NCBI GenBank assembly: GCA_008632985.1
Contig: QPGO01000042.1
Location: 186,001 to 250,000 of the forward strand
DNA length: 64,000 nt
Reading direction: 5' to 3'
Origin: Psammoneis japonica
Taxonomy: Eukaryota
Shown: positions 26,210 to 37,790 of the stretch, one piece after another
Numbering within the stretch: the stretch's first letter is position 1
How the letters are laid out: the number at the start of each line of letters is the position of its first letter
Made by a program: the position numbers and the translations under genes
The notes under the pieces: generated by a model
Told to the model about the DNA's origin: nothing
The model's input: the letters and a program-made list of their open reading frames with translations, nothing else
Databases searched by the model: none

Positions 26210-27132
26210 ATGACTGAAGAAGATAAACAACAAGAATCATCATCGTCGTCGGCAACCACCACCACTATCCACACACCATCGACCTCAACCGTACGCGTCA
26301 AGACGCGCCGGGTCGTCTGCGCCATACCATGGGTCCACAGTTTCAATCCAATCGCATTCCCGGAAGAAGATTTGCGCGAACGTTTGCGTTTGGATGCATG
26401 TCAGCAGCAGAGTAGCAGAAGTATTACCCTTCGGGTGCGATTCTCCGTGCACAAGAAATTGTGTCATGGCTGCTGCAACGACAGCAGCAGCAACAACAGG
26501 ACGACGAGCGTAGTGCTAATACCACGGAAACCATCAAGTCGTCGGTGGCGGTCTGACGAGTGCACACGTTGCCATGTTGTTGGCATCATCATCACCTCAG
26601 TGAAATTAAAAAAATACGAAGTCCAATCGCTGCAACGTTCCAAATTACTCCAACGCGTCGCAAGTGTCTCGAGAAGTTTTGTAAACATTAGTCGTCCAAC
26701 CAGCGACTAGCATTTGTCAAGCAAGCTCACAAGGGTAGAAGTATCCCGCCCGAAATGGTGCAGACCTTGTACGACAAGTCATCCATTTCGATTTTGGATG
26801 AAACCAGTATCGAACAGGTGGACTGGTGTCCGACGGATGGTCAATTTCATGTCACATTTGAAACCAATCATCTGTATGGGGGATGTAGTAGTGTATGCAC
26901 CGCGCATGACGATGAACCGCCTTTGAGTGGTACCTTTCATCGGTTTATACTGCAGACCGGAGTCCAAAATACTCTTGACAAATATCCAGCATTGATGGCA
27001 CTCCAACAAGAGTTGCCCGTTGACGTAGCGGAAGGCTTGCCGGTATTGAACGACAACGACTTGTCGTGGTGTACAGCAAAATATGATAGGGACAAGGACA
27101 ATGATACTCGTGCGTGGCAACAAACTTTGTGA
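26210..27132 (+). CDS. Hypothetical protein or pseudogene in two ORFs (26210-26710, 26755-27132)
   Basis: ATG-initiated ORFs with normal TA/CG content, unlike the surrounding repeats. The join (intron or frameshift) is unresolved. Confidence 0.4.
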
Positions 27133-27999
27133 CAACGATGCTTTGTTTTGGGATCCCTTGCCGCCCATGCCCTGGATCCGATGCCCTCAACTTGTTGGTC
27201 ACACGTCATAGAGCCGTCCAAGTGGCACGAGCCCTTCGAAAAGATATGATAGAGTAAACGATTTGTGGATACTACTCGAACTCAATTCTGATTGATCGCT
27301 GACTTCAATTACGAGCTTTTCGTTGTAGTTTGCATGTTGCATAGCAGAATTTTGGCAACACCCTTTCATTTACTGAGGCAGTGATATTCCGAGTATCGAG
27401 ACGTATAAACATCGTTCGCCAGCTTCTTGGTCGATACCCTTACCATTTCCTTGGCAAAAGTATCACTAAGATTTGTGGAGGTTGTTGCGGTGCACTTCAG
27501 TCAAGACTGCCATTTTACATTGCTCATCTCCTGTGCCAGAGCCCCGGTTGATTGTTGTTTCCCGTGTCAGCTCTGTGGAGTCACTAAGGTCATTTAAGCT
27601 GCACCGCATCCCAAACTCAAATCATCTCCACCGTCGACGTATGTAGACCTGTTTCGCCTTGAGCATTGAAGCCCTTTGAGTTGTCAATGGTCTCGCAAGA
27701 CTGTGTCATGGACTGCTTCACATTGTTTGTGGCATCTTCCATGCTTGATGAATGCACTTGATGCTGTTGACTGCCAAATGCCAGGGCCATTGCCTGACAT
27801 GTTGAACGACATTTAACAATTCTCTCAACATGCACTGCACAATGGAATCTGTTGTCTCTTCACAAAATCATGAATGGATGTCTGAACCTTCATTCAAAAT
27901 TCAGTTGCTGCTGACGTGTGCAGTCCCTGGTTTTGACAGGTTCACTCCAGTTTTCTGCACAACGTCCCCTGCCAGATCATTCAATCTCATGTGCAATTT

Positions 28000-30900
28000 T
28001 GCAGCATGCATGTGCTGGCGTTGGCCAGCCTTTCATTTGGGGATCCCTTTCTTGCTCGAGTCACAAACATTCCTGATGAAGTTTTTATTTGTTGCAACAT
28101 TGTTCTTGACTGTGGCATCATTGCAGTGCTTTCCGACAAAATGCGTGGACATCAATGCCAAGCAATTTGTTGGACACCAGACAGTCCTTTCCTGGTGGTG
28201 CCACTTTGGAAATGCAGCAGGATTTGCAGCACTCTGCTGACAAGTTTCCTGAAGTCCTTGTTTCAGTCAGTGGTTTGTCCAGCTTGTTTTGCTGCAAAGA
28301 CTTTCAGAGTTCTTGCACTTCTCTCTGTTCAGAAGCCTCCCATCATGCTCTGTCAAGCACTTCTTCAGCACACAAGTTTTATTTTGTGCTTGTTTGATCT
28401 GCACTCTGGATTCCAGCATCTTGTTTGGGTTTCTTGCTTGCAATGACAGCAAGAGCAACATCTCAGCAACATCTTGGCAACAGCTTGCCTTTGCTCAGGG
28501 TCACATTCGCAGCACAGTTGCCAATCTCAGAGAACTGTGGCAAGAGGTGCAAGCATGGACAAGGCACAAAACAGAAACGTTTTTTTTAATCTGATGTCAA
28601 GGGGGCAAGAGGCAAGCACTTCTCGCAGCAGGAAAAAGAAGGCATGAAACAAAGTCGGCAAGTGTGCAACATGCAGCTGCAATCATTTTAAAATTTTCCT
28701 GCATTCTCTCGCGGTTTGAGGGACTTCAAAATTTTGTCATCAAATTTTTCAATTTGACTTGTGATGCTGTGTTGCAACTTTCCCCACACAGACACCAAAG
28801 GACCCCGATCCAATCGACCCCCACCCTTCCAGACAGTGTGCCAACCGACCATCCACAGACACTGCTGACATCATGCCCAGCTAGAAGATGACAAAAACCT
28901 GCCACCAGGTGGCCTGTTCCAATTCTACAGGCCGAATGTCACACGAAGTCCCACCTGGGATTGAAGCCCGTCCCACACAAATGTCGCGCGCAATGATGAC
29001 AGCCATGGCCTTGCCGTGGTTCATCACAGAATGCCAACACTTCCAAGAATGACAAAACACATTTGCATTTTTGATGTGATGATCAAATGAATCAATTTGT
29101 GAGCAAGATGAGAGATGCAGATCACGGGCTTCATTCATCTTGATTGCCCAGCGTCGCTTGCTCTCATTTCTGCCTCTTTCTTGACGCCTCACACATTTGT
29201 CACACTTGTTGAGGGCATTCACAGTGGCAATGTTGCACAACGACAAAGTTGATTGAAATGAGCAAAGCACATGTTGGCAGCCCTCAGTGTTGCACGTGGG
29301 CGCCGCAGTCTTGACAGCAACAATCAGATGATTGAACCCAGCGGCTTTCGATCTTGCATCGGATGGTGTTTGTTTTTTCTGGAAGTGCTTCCCTGGGACA
29401 CCCGAAGGCAGCCGATCCCTCCAATGTGCAAATGCAGCTGAATGGCCATTTTCCCCAATCGAGTCTGAATTGCAGTCAGCGTCAAAGCAGTTGTCACATG
29501 CTGAGTGTGGCTTTCCTGGGAATGTCTTCTTGGGTCCGGCATCATCGCCCACACTGCTGCAATCAACCATTTTGCCTGGTTGTTCCAAGATCACACAAAT
29601 TTCCGTCAGGCCCATGGCACCCCATCCATCTGTTCGTGGGTGCAATTTGTGTTGGTGAATGCAAGCCTGAGGTCGGATCCGGTGCACATCCGACATGATC
29701 ACTGTCTGACTGCCCTTGGTGATGCCGGGCTTTCCAACCATGCAACTGGTGATCCCGCGCCACCAGCTTCACCATGGCCCACATGGCCCCAGGTGGTTTC
29801 ATCACCACATTGATCCATTTCTGCGTGCAGCATCATTGCGTTGAAATTGTGCACTGTTGTCATGCAAAGCATGTCACACTTGTGTGCCGGGTTGTGCCCG
29901 GCTTCACCTCTTCTGGGGGATGTCATGTTGTTGCATGGCTTCAGCACTTGCTTCATTTGAAGCCAACGTGAGCAGCAAATTGACAAGGATGTGCTCAAGT
30001 TGCAGTTGGATCCATCAGCCATCCACCTGTGGTGAATGGCTCCATCACTGCCACCCTTGACGCCGTCTCGAACAATCACTCCATCAAATCTGACAAGCTC
30101 CTGGACATTCACAAGTTTAAAATTGTGTCCATGCAATGAGCACAACTTCAACTCTGCCATGGCATGCAAGTTGGAAAATGTTTCTGCTTTGCTGTGGAAC
30201 AACTTTCTGGGGTCTGAGTTGACACCCGACCATGCAGTGTCACACATTGGGAGAATCAATTGACAGAAAAACAAAGCATCCCGATTTTTCATCTGCCCAG
30301 TGTTCATTCCCAACAATCGCAATGCACCCGCATCCAAAGATCCTTTCCTCAGTGCTGGAAATGGGTTGTCTTTTGATGCGCCCGATCTGTTGGGCATTGA
30401 CAGCATCAAATCCTTCTCAGCAACATCATGACTGGACATTGACCTCTCCCATCCCTGACAAAAGAACTTCCATCCATGGCAAATTCTCTTCCCTTCCAAA
30501 TTCTCTGGCACCAGCGCAGCACCAGTTGGCAAGCCATGCTGAATGCACTTCTTCTCCCCTCTTGCTTCAAACTGAGGGCGGAAAGCATGTCCACTCCACA
30601 CTCCTGGATTGTCCACATCAGCAAATGGTGGCTCCCCCTTGTTTGCTTTTATCTCAGATGGCTGCCACCCTTCAGGAGCACCCAGAATGTTCAACTGCAC
30701 CAACGGGTCATGCTTGCCAAGGTGCAGTGGCAAGGCAGTGTGGTTGTTGTCAGCCACAGTCTGCTCATTGTTCATCACTGTCTTGGTCTGCAACACGCGA
30801 TCTCAACCTTTCCAAGCAGGCATCAGCACAAGCTCCATCAATGTCATTGACATTCTCATGCTCTTCATTGCCATCACCACCATCTCCCATCTCTGTCTCA

Positions 30901-31100
30901 TCCGCAAGGATGTGCTCGGGGTCCACTGGTTGGTCCTCCGCAGTTGCGGGACCAAAGTCTGTGGCCATCATGTGCAGTGGGCCCAGCCCTGGTTGTTGTG
31001 CCGCCATTCCACCAAACACTTCATTGGCACTTGCAGAAGTGGCCATCTTTGTTGCAACGTTGACACTCCGATTCACTGTGCATGTTGTTTTGACAACAAT
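28000..31100 (-). mobile_element. Decayed piggyBac-like DDD transposase
   Basis: Catalytic-region remnants DQCGDETTWGH, HSACDNCF and LHLSSCSQIDSFDHHIKN...HSWKCWH resemble piggyBac D-E / DNYF / Y..ID..D...KYW motifs. Limits approximate. Confidence 0.75.
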
Positions 31101-31120
31101 GGGGTGGCTGCGGTTGCTTG

Positions 31121-31121
<1 letters not shown>

Positions 31122-31181
<60 letters not shown>

Positions 31182-31464
31182 NNNNNNNNNNNNNNNNNNN
31201 NNNNNNNNNNNNNNNNNNNNNNNNNNNNNNNNNNNNNNNNNNNNNNNNNNNNNNNNNNNNNNNNNNNNNNNNNNNNNNNNNNNNNNNNNNNNNNNNNNNN
31301 NNNNNNNNNNNNNNNNNNNNNNNNNNNNNNNNNNNNNNNNNNNNNNNNNNNNNNNNNNNNNNNNNNNNNNNNNNNNNNNNNNNNNNNNNNNNNNNNNNNN
31401 NNNNNNNNNNNNNNNNNNNNNNNNNNNNNNNNNNNNNNNNNNNNNNNNNNNTGTGTGTGTGTGT
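31122..31464. repeat. (TG)n microsatellite interrupted by a 270-N assembly gap (31182-31451)
   Basis: TG runs on both sides of the N stretch. Confidence 0.95.
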
Positions 31465-33069
31465 TTTCATTCATCGGCTTTCAAGGCAGACTCGGGTGAC
31501 ATTTCTGCGGTGATGCATCACTCAAAAAAACCCAGGTTTCAGTCCCCAAACACCCCGGGTTTCAAGCCCACTCCAATGACGACCACAAAATGCCAATGCA
31601 ACTCCAACCATCAGACATGTCATTTCAAGGGCAAACAGTGACAGACATGGGGTGAAAACCCGCGGACTGCCAATCAATGGTCATTTGATCTTTCCATTCA
31701 ACGGCCAACAGGTTCCAGTCCTGGGTGGGAAATTTGGCCCGCAGAATTCTACATGCAAGCTCTGCAGCATGAGAATTTAATTAATGTGTGTTTTCATCTT
31801 CAACATCAAATGCAACGGCCAAGTTCACAGCACATTCATGCCTGTCCACACTCAAAGTTTTTGGTGATCCACCTGCCCTGCGCCATTCCCAAGACATTTG
31901 CAAATGGCACAGAAGAAAAAAATGTTAAAAGTTGTTGAATGGATCACTCAACAATTGCACTACAAAATGACACAAAATTCCACCAAAGTCACGTAGAAAT
32001 GCACACGCGCGACATGCGGCGCTATCCAAAAAACTGTCGATGTCACAGGTCAGCAGAACGAGGTCCCACCCAGAGCTGGAACTCGTCGGCCAACAGCTGG
32101 TGAAAAACCTGGGACTGAATCCCAGGTTTTTTGGGACACCCTGACCAAATGACACAACATCCACTTTTTCATTTATGACAGTTCCTCATTGCTGCACTGT
32201 CTTTCCTGCGCCGATCAAATTTGCGGAGGGCAATGTGAAAACATGAACACAAGCAAGTCATCGCAACAAAAAACTCTGCAGTGTCACCATGTGTGTTTTG
32301 CTTCATGTGATGACGTGGCGTGGCATCTGATCAAGTGTTGAGTCGTGGCCATTAAAAATGATGCTGTCATCCGCCCACAGGCTCCTCCGTTGCAGCAGTC
32401 GTTCCACTGCACCGTCACACCCAAAATTCCGCCCAAGCAGTGTTTTTCTGCTGGAAAGTGGAGTTCTCACATGTGGAAATGTTGACACTCAGTCAGTGTC
32501 TTCTAAAAATTTCTGCCGCACATCCACTGTCACTCCACTCAGGCAGAAGGCACAGCAGAATTTTCGGAGCCAAAAATTCCACCCTGCACGCCGCTTTCGC
32601 GCGATCTAAACCATCTGTCCTTGGTGAGGTCGGGTGCGACGGTATGAACAAAAAAATGCTGAAGTTCCACTCGTCTCAATGCGGCACCTCAACCATGAGC
32701 ATCGCCGAGTGCAACCCCAGCAAATGTGCCAATGCCAACCACATACATTTTGGCATGGAAAGCAGCACTCACAGGTGTCCTGAGTACATTCGTGCTGCTT
32801 GTGGTGAAAACAGACGGATGACTTGCACCACTTTCAACTTTGACAAGCTCTGAAGCACCTGTTTGAGATCATTGTTGTGAGTTCTATGTTTGAACAGTGC
32901 CAAACAATTGCACCAGACAAAGAATTGTCAGCATCTCATCGAACTTCTGCCAGCTTGACAAGAAAACAAGCTGCTCCCCAGCGCTGAATGCATTGCCAAA
33001 GGTTGCAACCATTGACACCTCTAGATTGTTCCACATCCTCAGCTTGAGATGCATTTTTCAATGACTGTT

Positions 33070-33840
33070 TGGTCCGCAATGACCTTGGTGCTTTTGCTGC
33101 AATGGGTGCTGAGTGGACCTGTGAGCGACAACGAGACCGGAGAAACAGTGAGGAGCAAACTCCGCCACACTTAAAAATCATCAAACGCCCAAAACATGAG
33201 ATGTGCACAACAAACAAACATTGCCACCACATTTTTGACTCTGTCATCAGCAAATTTTGTTGTCCTCACCTTTGCAGCCCAAGCCGAGCTTGATCAGGAA
33301 TGCAACTGTGTCTGACGCGGTGGTGCTGATTGTGCCCTCTCTCACAGCAAAAGTCGCCAAACATCCAAGAGGTGAGAAGTGCCAAGAAATCCAATGCACG
33401 CATCATTTTTTTAAACAATCACAGTGGTCCACAACTGTGTTCATGCCGTCGCTGCAATGGGTGCCAGGCAGACCTGTGAGCGATCACAAAACAAGAGCAA
33501 CAGTGAGAGAAAAACTGTGCAACAGAAAAAAACATCAAACGCCCAAAAGACGGGCTTTGCAATGAATGCAAACACAACCATGAGATTTTTAAAGTTCACT
33601 TTAGCAAGTGTTGGCATCTCACCTTTGTCCTCAAATCACCGAGTGGAAATGTCAACACCACTGTTGCCGACGCGGTGGTGCCGCGTGTTTCCTCTCTTGC
33701 AGCAAAAGTCACCAAACACCCAAAAGGCAAGGGCAAGCAAAAAATCCAACAAAAGCATCATTTTTTTCACAGTCGCATTAGTCAATGTTGGCGTTCACAC
33801 CTTTGCTGTAATGGGTGCCGAGTGGAACTGCGGGCATTCA
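33070..33840. repeat. Degenerate ~355 bp tandem repeat (about 2.2 units)
   Basis: GCTG(C/T)AATGGGTGC recurs at ~33096, 33451 and 33805. GACGCGGTGGTGC...CAGCAAAAGTC.CCAAACA recurs at ~33314 and 33669. Confidence 0.75.
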
Positions 33841-34599
33841 AAGGCCATGGTCCAGGTGACGGCGCGGTGTTTTTTTGGCGTCGCTCTTTGCTCTAGCTTG
33901 GAGTTTTTTTTCTGCTTCAACTCCTCGCGTGGGTTTGCGTAGGTTGATTGCTAGCACGCAGCTTCTGTGCTGATGGCCACGGCTTGGTCTTCTTCCCCGT
34001 AGGATGATCAATGCTCTCTACAGAGTGGAACTGAAGGGTGGATTTTTGCGGATGTGTCCCACTGTTTCATGAGCCATGTGCACTGGCACAAAAATCACGT
34101 GGAATTTTTACGTAGAAAAAATCATAAAAATCAGGGTTTGGGCCGATTTTTTTCTCGTGCTTCTACCGTGCTTCTCGGCTCCACCGACGCCTCAAGGAAT
34201 CGTTTTCCCCTGAAACCATTGACACTTTACATGATGACTTTTGCACAAGTGACACGATTCTGTGCATGAACACTTCAAAGTTCCATTTTCAGAAATTCGA
34301 TCAACACTTCACTGCGGTCCCACTACGGCGAACATTTTCCAACGCAAAGTGTCAACCATCATGACTGAAATCGATTCCTTGAGGTCGTGGCCTATTTTTC
34401 GCAAAGCACGTGGGAAAAGCACACGAACAAGATGTTCTACGTGAATTTTCTACGTGAGTTTTGCACCAGAAATCGGCCCAAACCCATTTTTCGGGACTCA
34501 TGACCCCTGCACATGGCTGATGTTGCACTCCAGCAGTAGAGAGTAGAATGAATCATCAACCATGGAGTCACTTGGATCGAGCAGGGCACGTGCAGCTGA

Positions 34600-37500
34600 G
34601 GCGGACGACACATGTTGAACGACACTGTGCATTTTAACAATGGTGGCTGACATTTGCGTTTTTGATTTTGGAGCAGTTTCAAAATGATGGGCATGAGGTG
34701 GCCGGGACTGAAAACTGAAACCATGTCAAACGTTTCTTTTTTTCGAAAGTTTGAAAACCTCTCAACGATGTCGATCGCCAGTGCAAGAACAACAAAAACT
34801 TTGACACAACTGAGAAAGCATCGCGGCGGGCAAGAAGATTGGAGCAAAGTTCTCTGTTGGAAAGAGCGCGATTGCCTCGCGTGTGCACCACTGCAAGAAA
34901 CGACTGACCGAAGGAAACTCGAAACGAAACGCGGCCAATCGTCGAAAGGCAGCGCAAAGGAAGCAGGACAGAGAAAAAGCTCAAAAGGAGAAGGAGACCA
35001 ACCTCCAGGAGAGGAAGCTCCAGCTCGTTTCTCAGTCATTGGCGACTCAAAAGGACCGTGGACCTGCCTGTGCGGAGCAAGCAGCGGCCTTTAAGAATGA
35101 TGCAATGACTCAGAGCCTTTTAGCAAAAGCCATTCTCACTGATGTTGCTTTCAACTCTCACCCCAGCACGGTTGCGGGCGCTTCAGTGTGAGAGCTGTCT
35201 GACGGGGAGATCGTTGAAGAAGAAGACGACAAGACCGAAGACGTTGCGAACGACAACGATGCGGTGCTGGAGCCAGCAATTCCTCGCAAGCCCGAGTTGC
35301 CACCCACGACGATGCGCACGGAGCGATTTGAGCCGCGATCTCTCCAGGACATTCTGATGGATGCTGTTCACCATCCAGAAAACCTGGCAGGAGTGGCGCT
35401 CACCGATTGCAGTGTGAGAGACATTTTCTCTTGTTTTGGGGTCGGGTGCCAGCATGTGAGGACTGGGCTGATGGAGTGCGCGGGTGTGGCATTTGACCAA
35501 GCCATTTTATGCCTCTTGCGCAATGGCACTGTGCAATGTAATCCAAACTGTGATGGACAAAACAGCGCGTTGGCTGTCACCTTCAAGGACCAGCAGGGTG
35601 TGATCCACTGGTTCCCGTTCGACATTCTTCATGGCTCAGCATCCATTCGTACATGCTTCGCACACTCTCCCTTGCGATGTGCGCAAAACAGTCAGCGATG
35701 CCAGTTTGTGCTCAAGGGCATCCACTGGTTGGGCAAAGCGCTGCACCTGAAATTCGATGAGGTGATTGCTCACGTCGTGTCGGCAATTTCCAGCATCGCG
35801 CTTCACAAGCTGTGCTGCTGTGCTTCGTCGCCCAGCATCAAGGACGTTATAGTTTGTCGTGTCATTGCTCAAATCCAGCCAACAGAAAATGAATTTGCAA
35901 GCTTGAGCAACATTCCGCATGCCAGTGCCATGGGCGACTGCGAATCCTGGATTGTTCGATTCAGTGAGATCCATTTTGTCCACCGAAAGCTTGGCCTTTT
36001 GCACTTCTTTGCGGAGGAGCGGGCCAAACTGTCAGTGCAAAAAAATCTGAACCCCCATCCAGATTGGATTGAGAAACATGTGGCCCATGAGTTGTGCAGG
36101 ATCTTCTCTAAGCCAAGCCGCATTTAAATGCAATTCGACTGAGTGGTGCACTAAATTGTGAAACAGATCGCTCATTGTCCATTTTAAATTTTGCCGCAAG
36201 AAGTCTCTGCACGCTTCCACTGGATGTAGATTTGCTTTGAAACAGTGTCGACACCTCCAGCCTTGGTGGGAGCAAGACAGGGCCAATCAATCACTGTGGG
36301 CTCAAATGATGTGTGGAAACCATGTTCGACGCAATCGCTCCACAGGGGCTTGCATCTTGTGAGTGGTGTGCTTTGACAGCAATTGTGAAGGTGCGCATTC
36401 TCGTGCAGCAGTTTCTGACTTGTTGATGTCATCTTTGACCACTTGTGAAGGCGGCGCCATTGGGAAGGATGAAACTGCTGAGACGCTGTGGGGCGACAGT
36501 CCAAGTGAGATTGCCTGCTACGAACGGGACCCAGAGGGACGAACAAAGATGATGCTGCTTTTAGAATTGCTCACCAATGCGGTGATTTGCATTTCTCGAT
36601 GGGTCTTGGCGATTGCAGTGCGTTCCAGCCAATCAGTCTTCTGTTCTTGCATGAACTTGCGCTTTTGTTCCTTCAATTCGATTTCCCGCTTTGCAGGAGT
36701 GCCGCCTTTTGCACTCATGCCTTGATTAAAACTCTCAACATCTTCCTCCAAGTGGCCCTCCTCTGGTTCGGTGGCGCGTCAATGAGCTCAAGTAGAGCTT
36801 CCAAAAGAATGCCGCACTGCGTGCCTGGTCAGCTTGAGTGGGTTGCTCATGCAGTCAAATGCGATTTCGGCAGAGCGTCTCTTTCCTTTCACAGAGCCCG
36901 CATGCCCTCTGGAGTCGATTTAGGAACACCTTTGTCATGTTTTTCTCATGCATTGTTTCTTTGTTGACTTGAGGTTCTTCAACGCTTCTCCATCTTCTCT
37001 GTGCCACACGTCGGCGGCAGCTTCGGCGACAAATCCCATGCCATGCCAACCAATTCCGTGTTCGTCACCGGGGCGTTGCACAAATCCTGGTCGACATCAC
37101 TTCTGTCAATCAAGTCATTTGAATGAGTCCACAGTGGCAGATGGCACATGGCAGCAGCGTTTCTGTCAATGTCAGCTCAAGCTCCGGAGACTTGCTCGAA
37201 TCCGAGAAAGAGCATTGCGTTTCCATCAGTCAATTCTTCAAATGGCCACATCCAAAGAAAGAAAATGTTGTGCTGGTCCAACAAATGGCTGCACCCAAAG
37301 AAAGAAAATGTTGCGTCAGTTTGAAAAGATGTTTTTGCACTTGCACTGTGCTGCTTGGTGGCGTCACCAGAAAGTGCAGCATTGGCATGTCCAAAAGTGG
37401 CCCAGAAAGGCCAGCCAACCCCACTCACAGGAAAATCTTGAAAACACATTGTTGCTCAGCTTTCACCATCATTGGCTTTGGCTTTCAGCCCATTGTCTCA

Positions 37501-37700
37501 CTTCTTGGGACTGCCGCAGTGCAGACAAAGAAGGCCCACTTTGGTGGAGAAATTCATTGAAAACTGGGGAGTGCAGTGCAAGACTGACAGCAATGTCAGT
37601 GCAGCATGCTCCTCCAAAGCTTGAAAAACCTTCAAGGTTGGAAAGTGCCATTGCAAGACAGAGCAGGCTGGCTTCCAGCATTTGAAAATGCAAAGCCAAG
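34600..37700. mobile_element. Unclassified decayed element(s), probably DNA-transposon derived
   Basis: Broken ORFs on both strands, strong TA depletion and repeated subterminal-like motifs just upstream. No diagnostic catalytic motif recognised. Confidence 0.35.
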
Positions 37701-37790
37701 CAGCACTGAAGGAAAAAGGGATGTTTTGCACTCATTGACAATCCCAGGTTGTCAGGTGTGTGGCAATGTTGCTCCTGCATCATGCAATGT

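Noticed and set aside
31122..31464. (TG)n as a converted (TA)n tract or a telomere
   Set aside because: Symmetric conversion would give mixed TG/CA. It is an ordinary microsatellite at an assembly gap, and contiguity across the gap is unverified.
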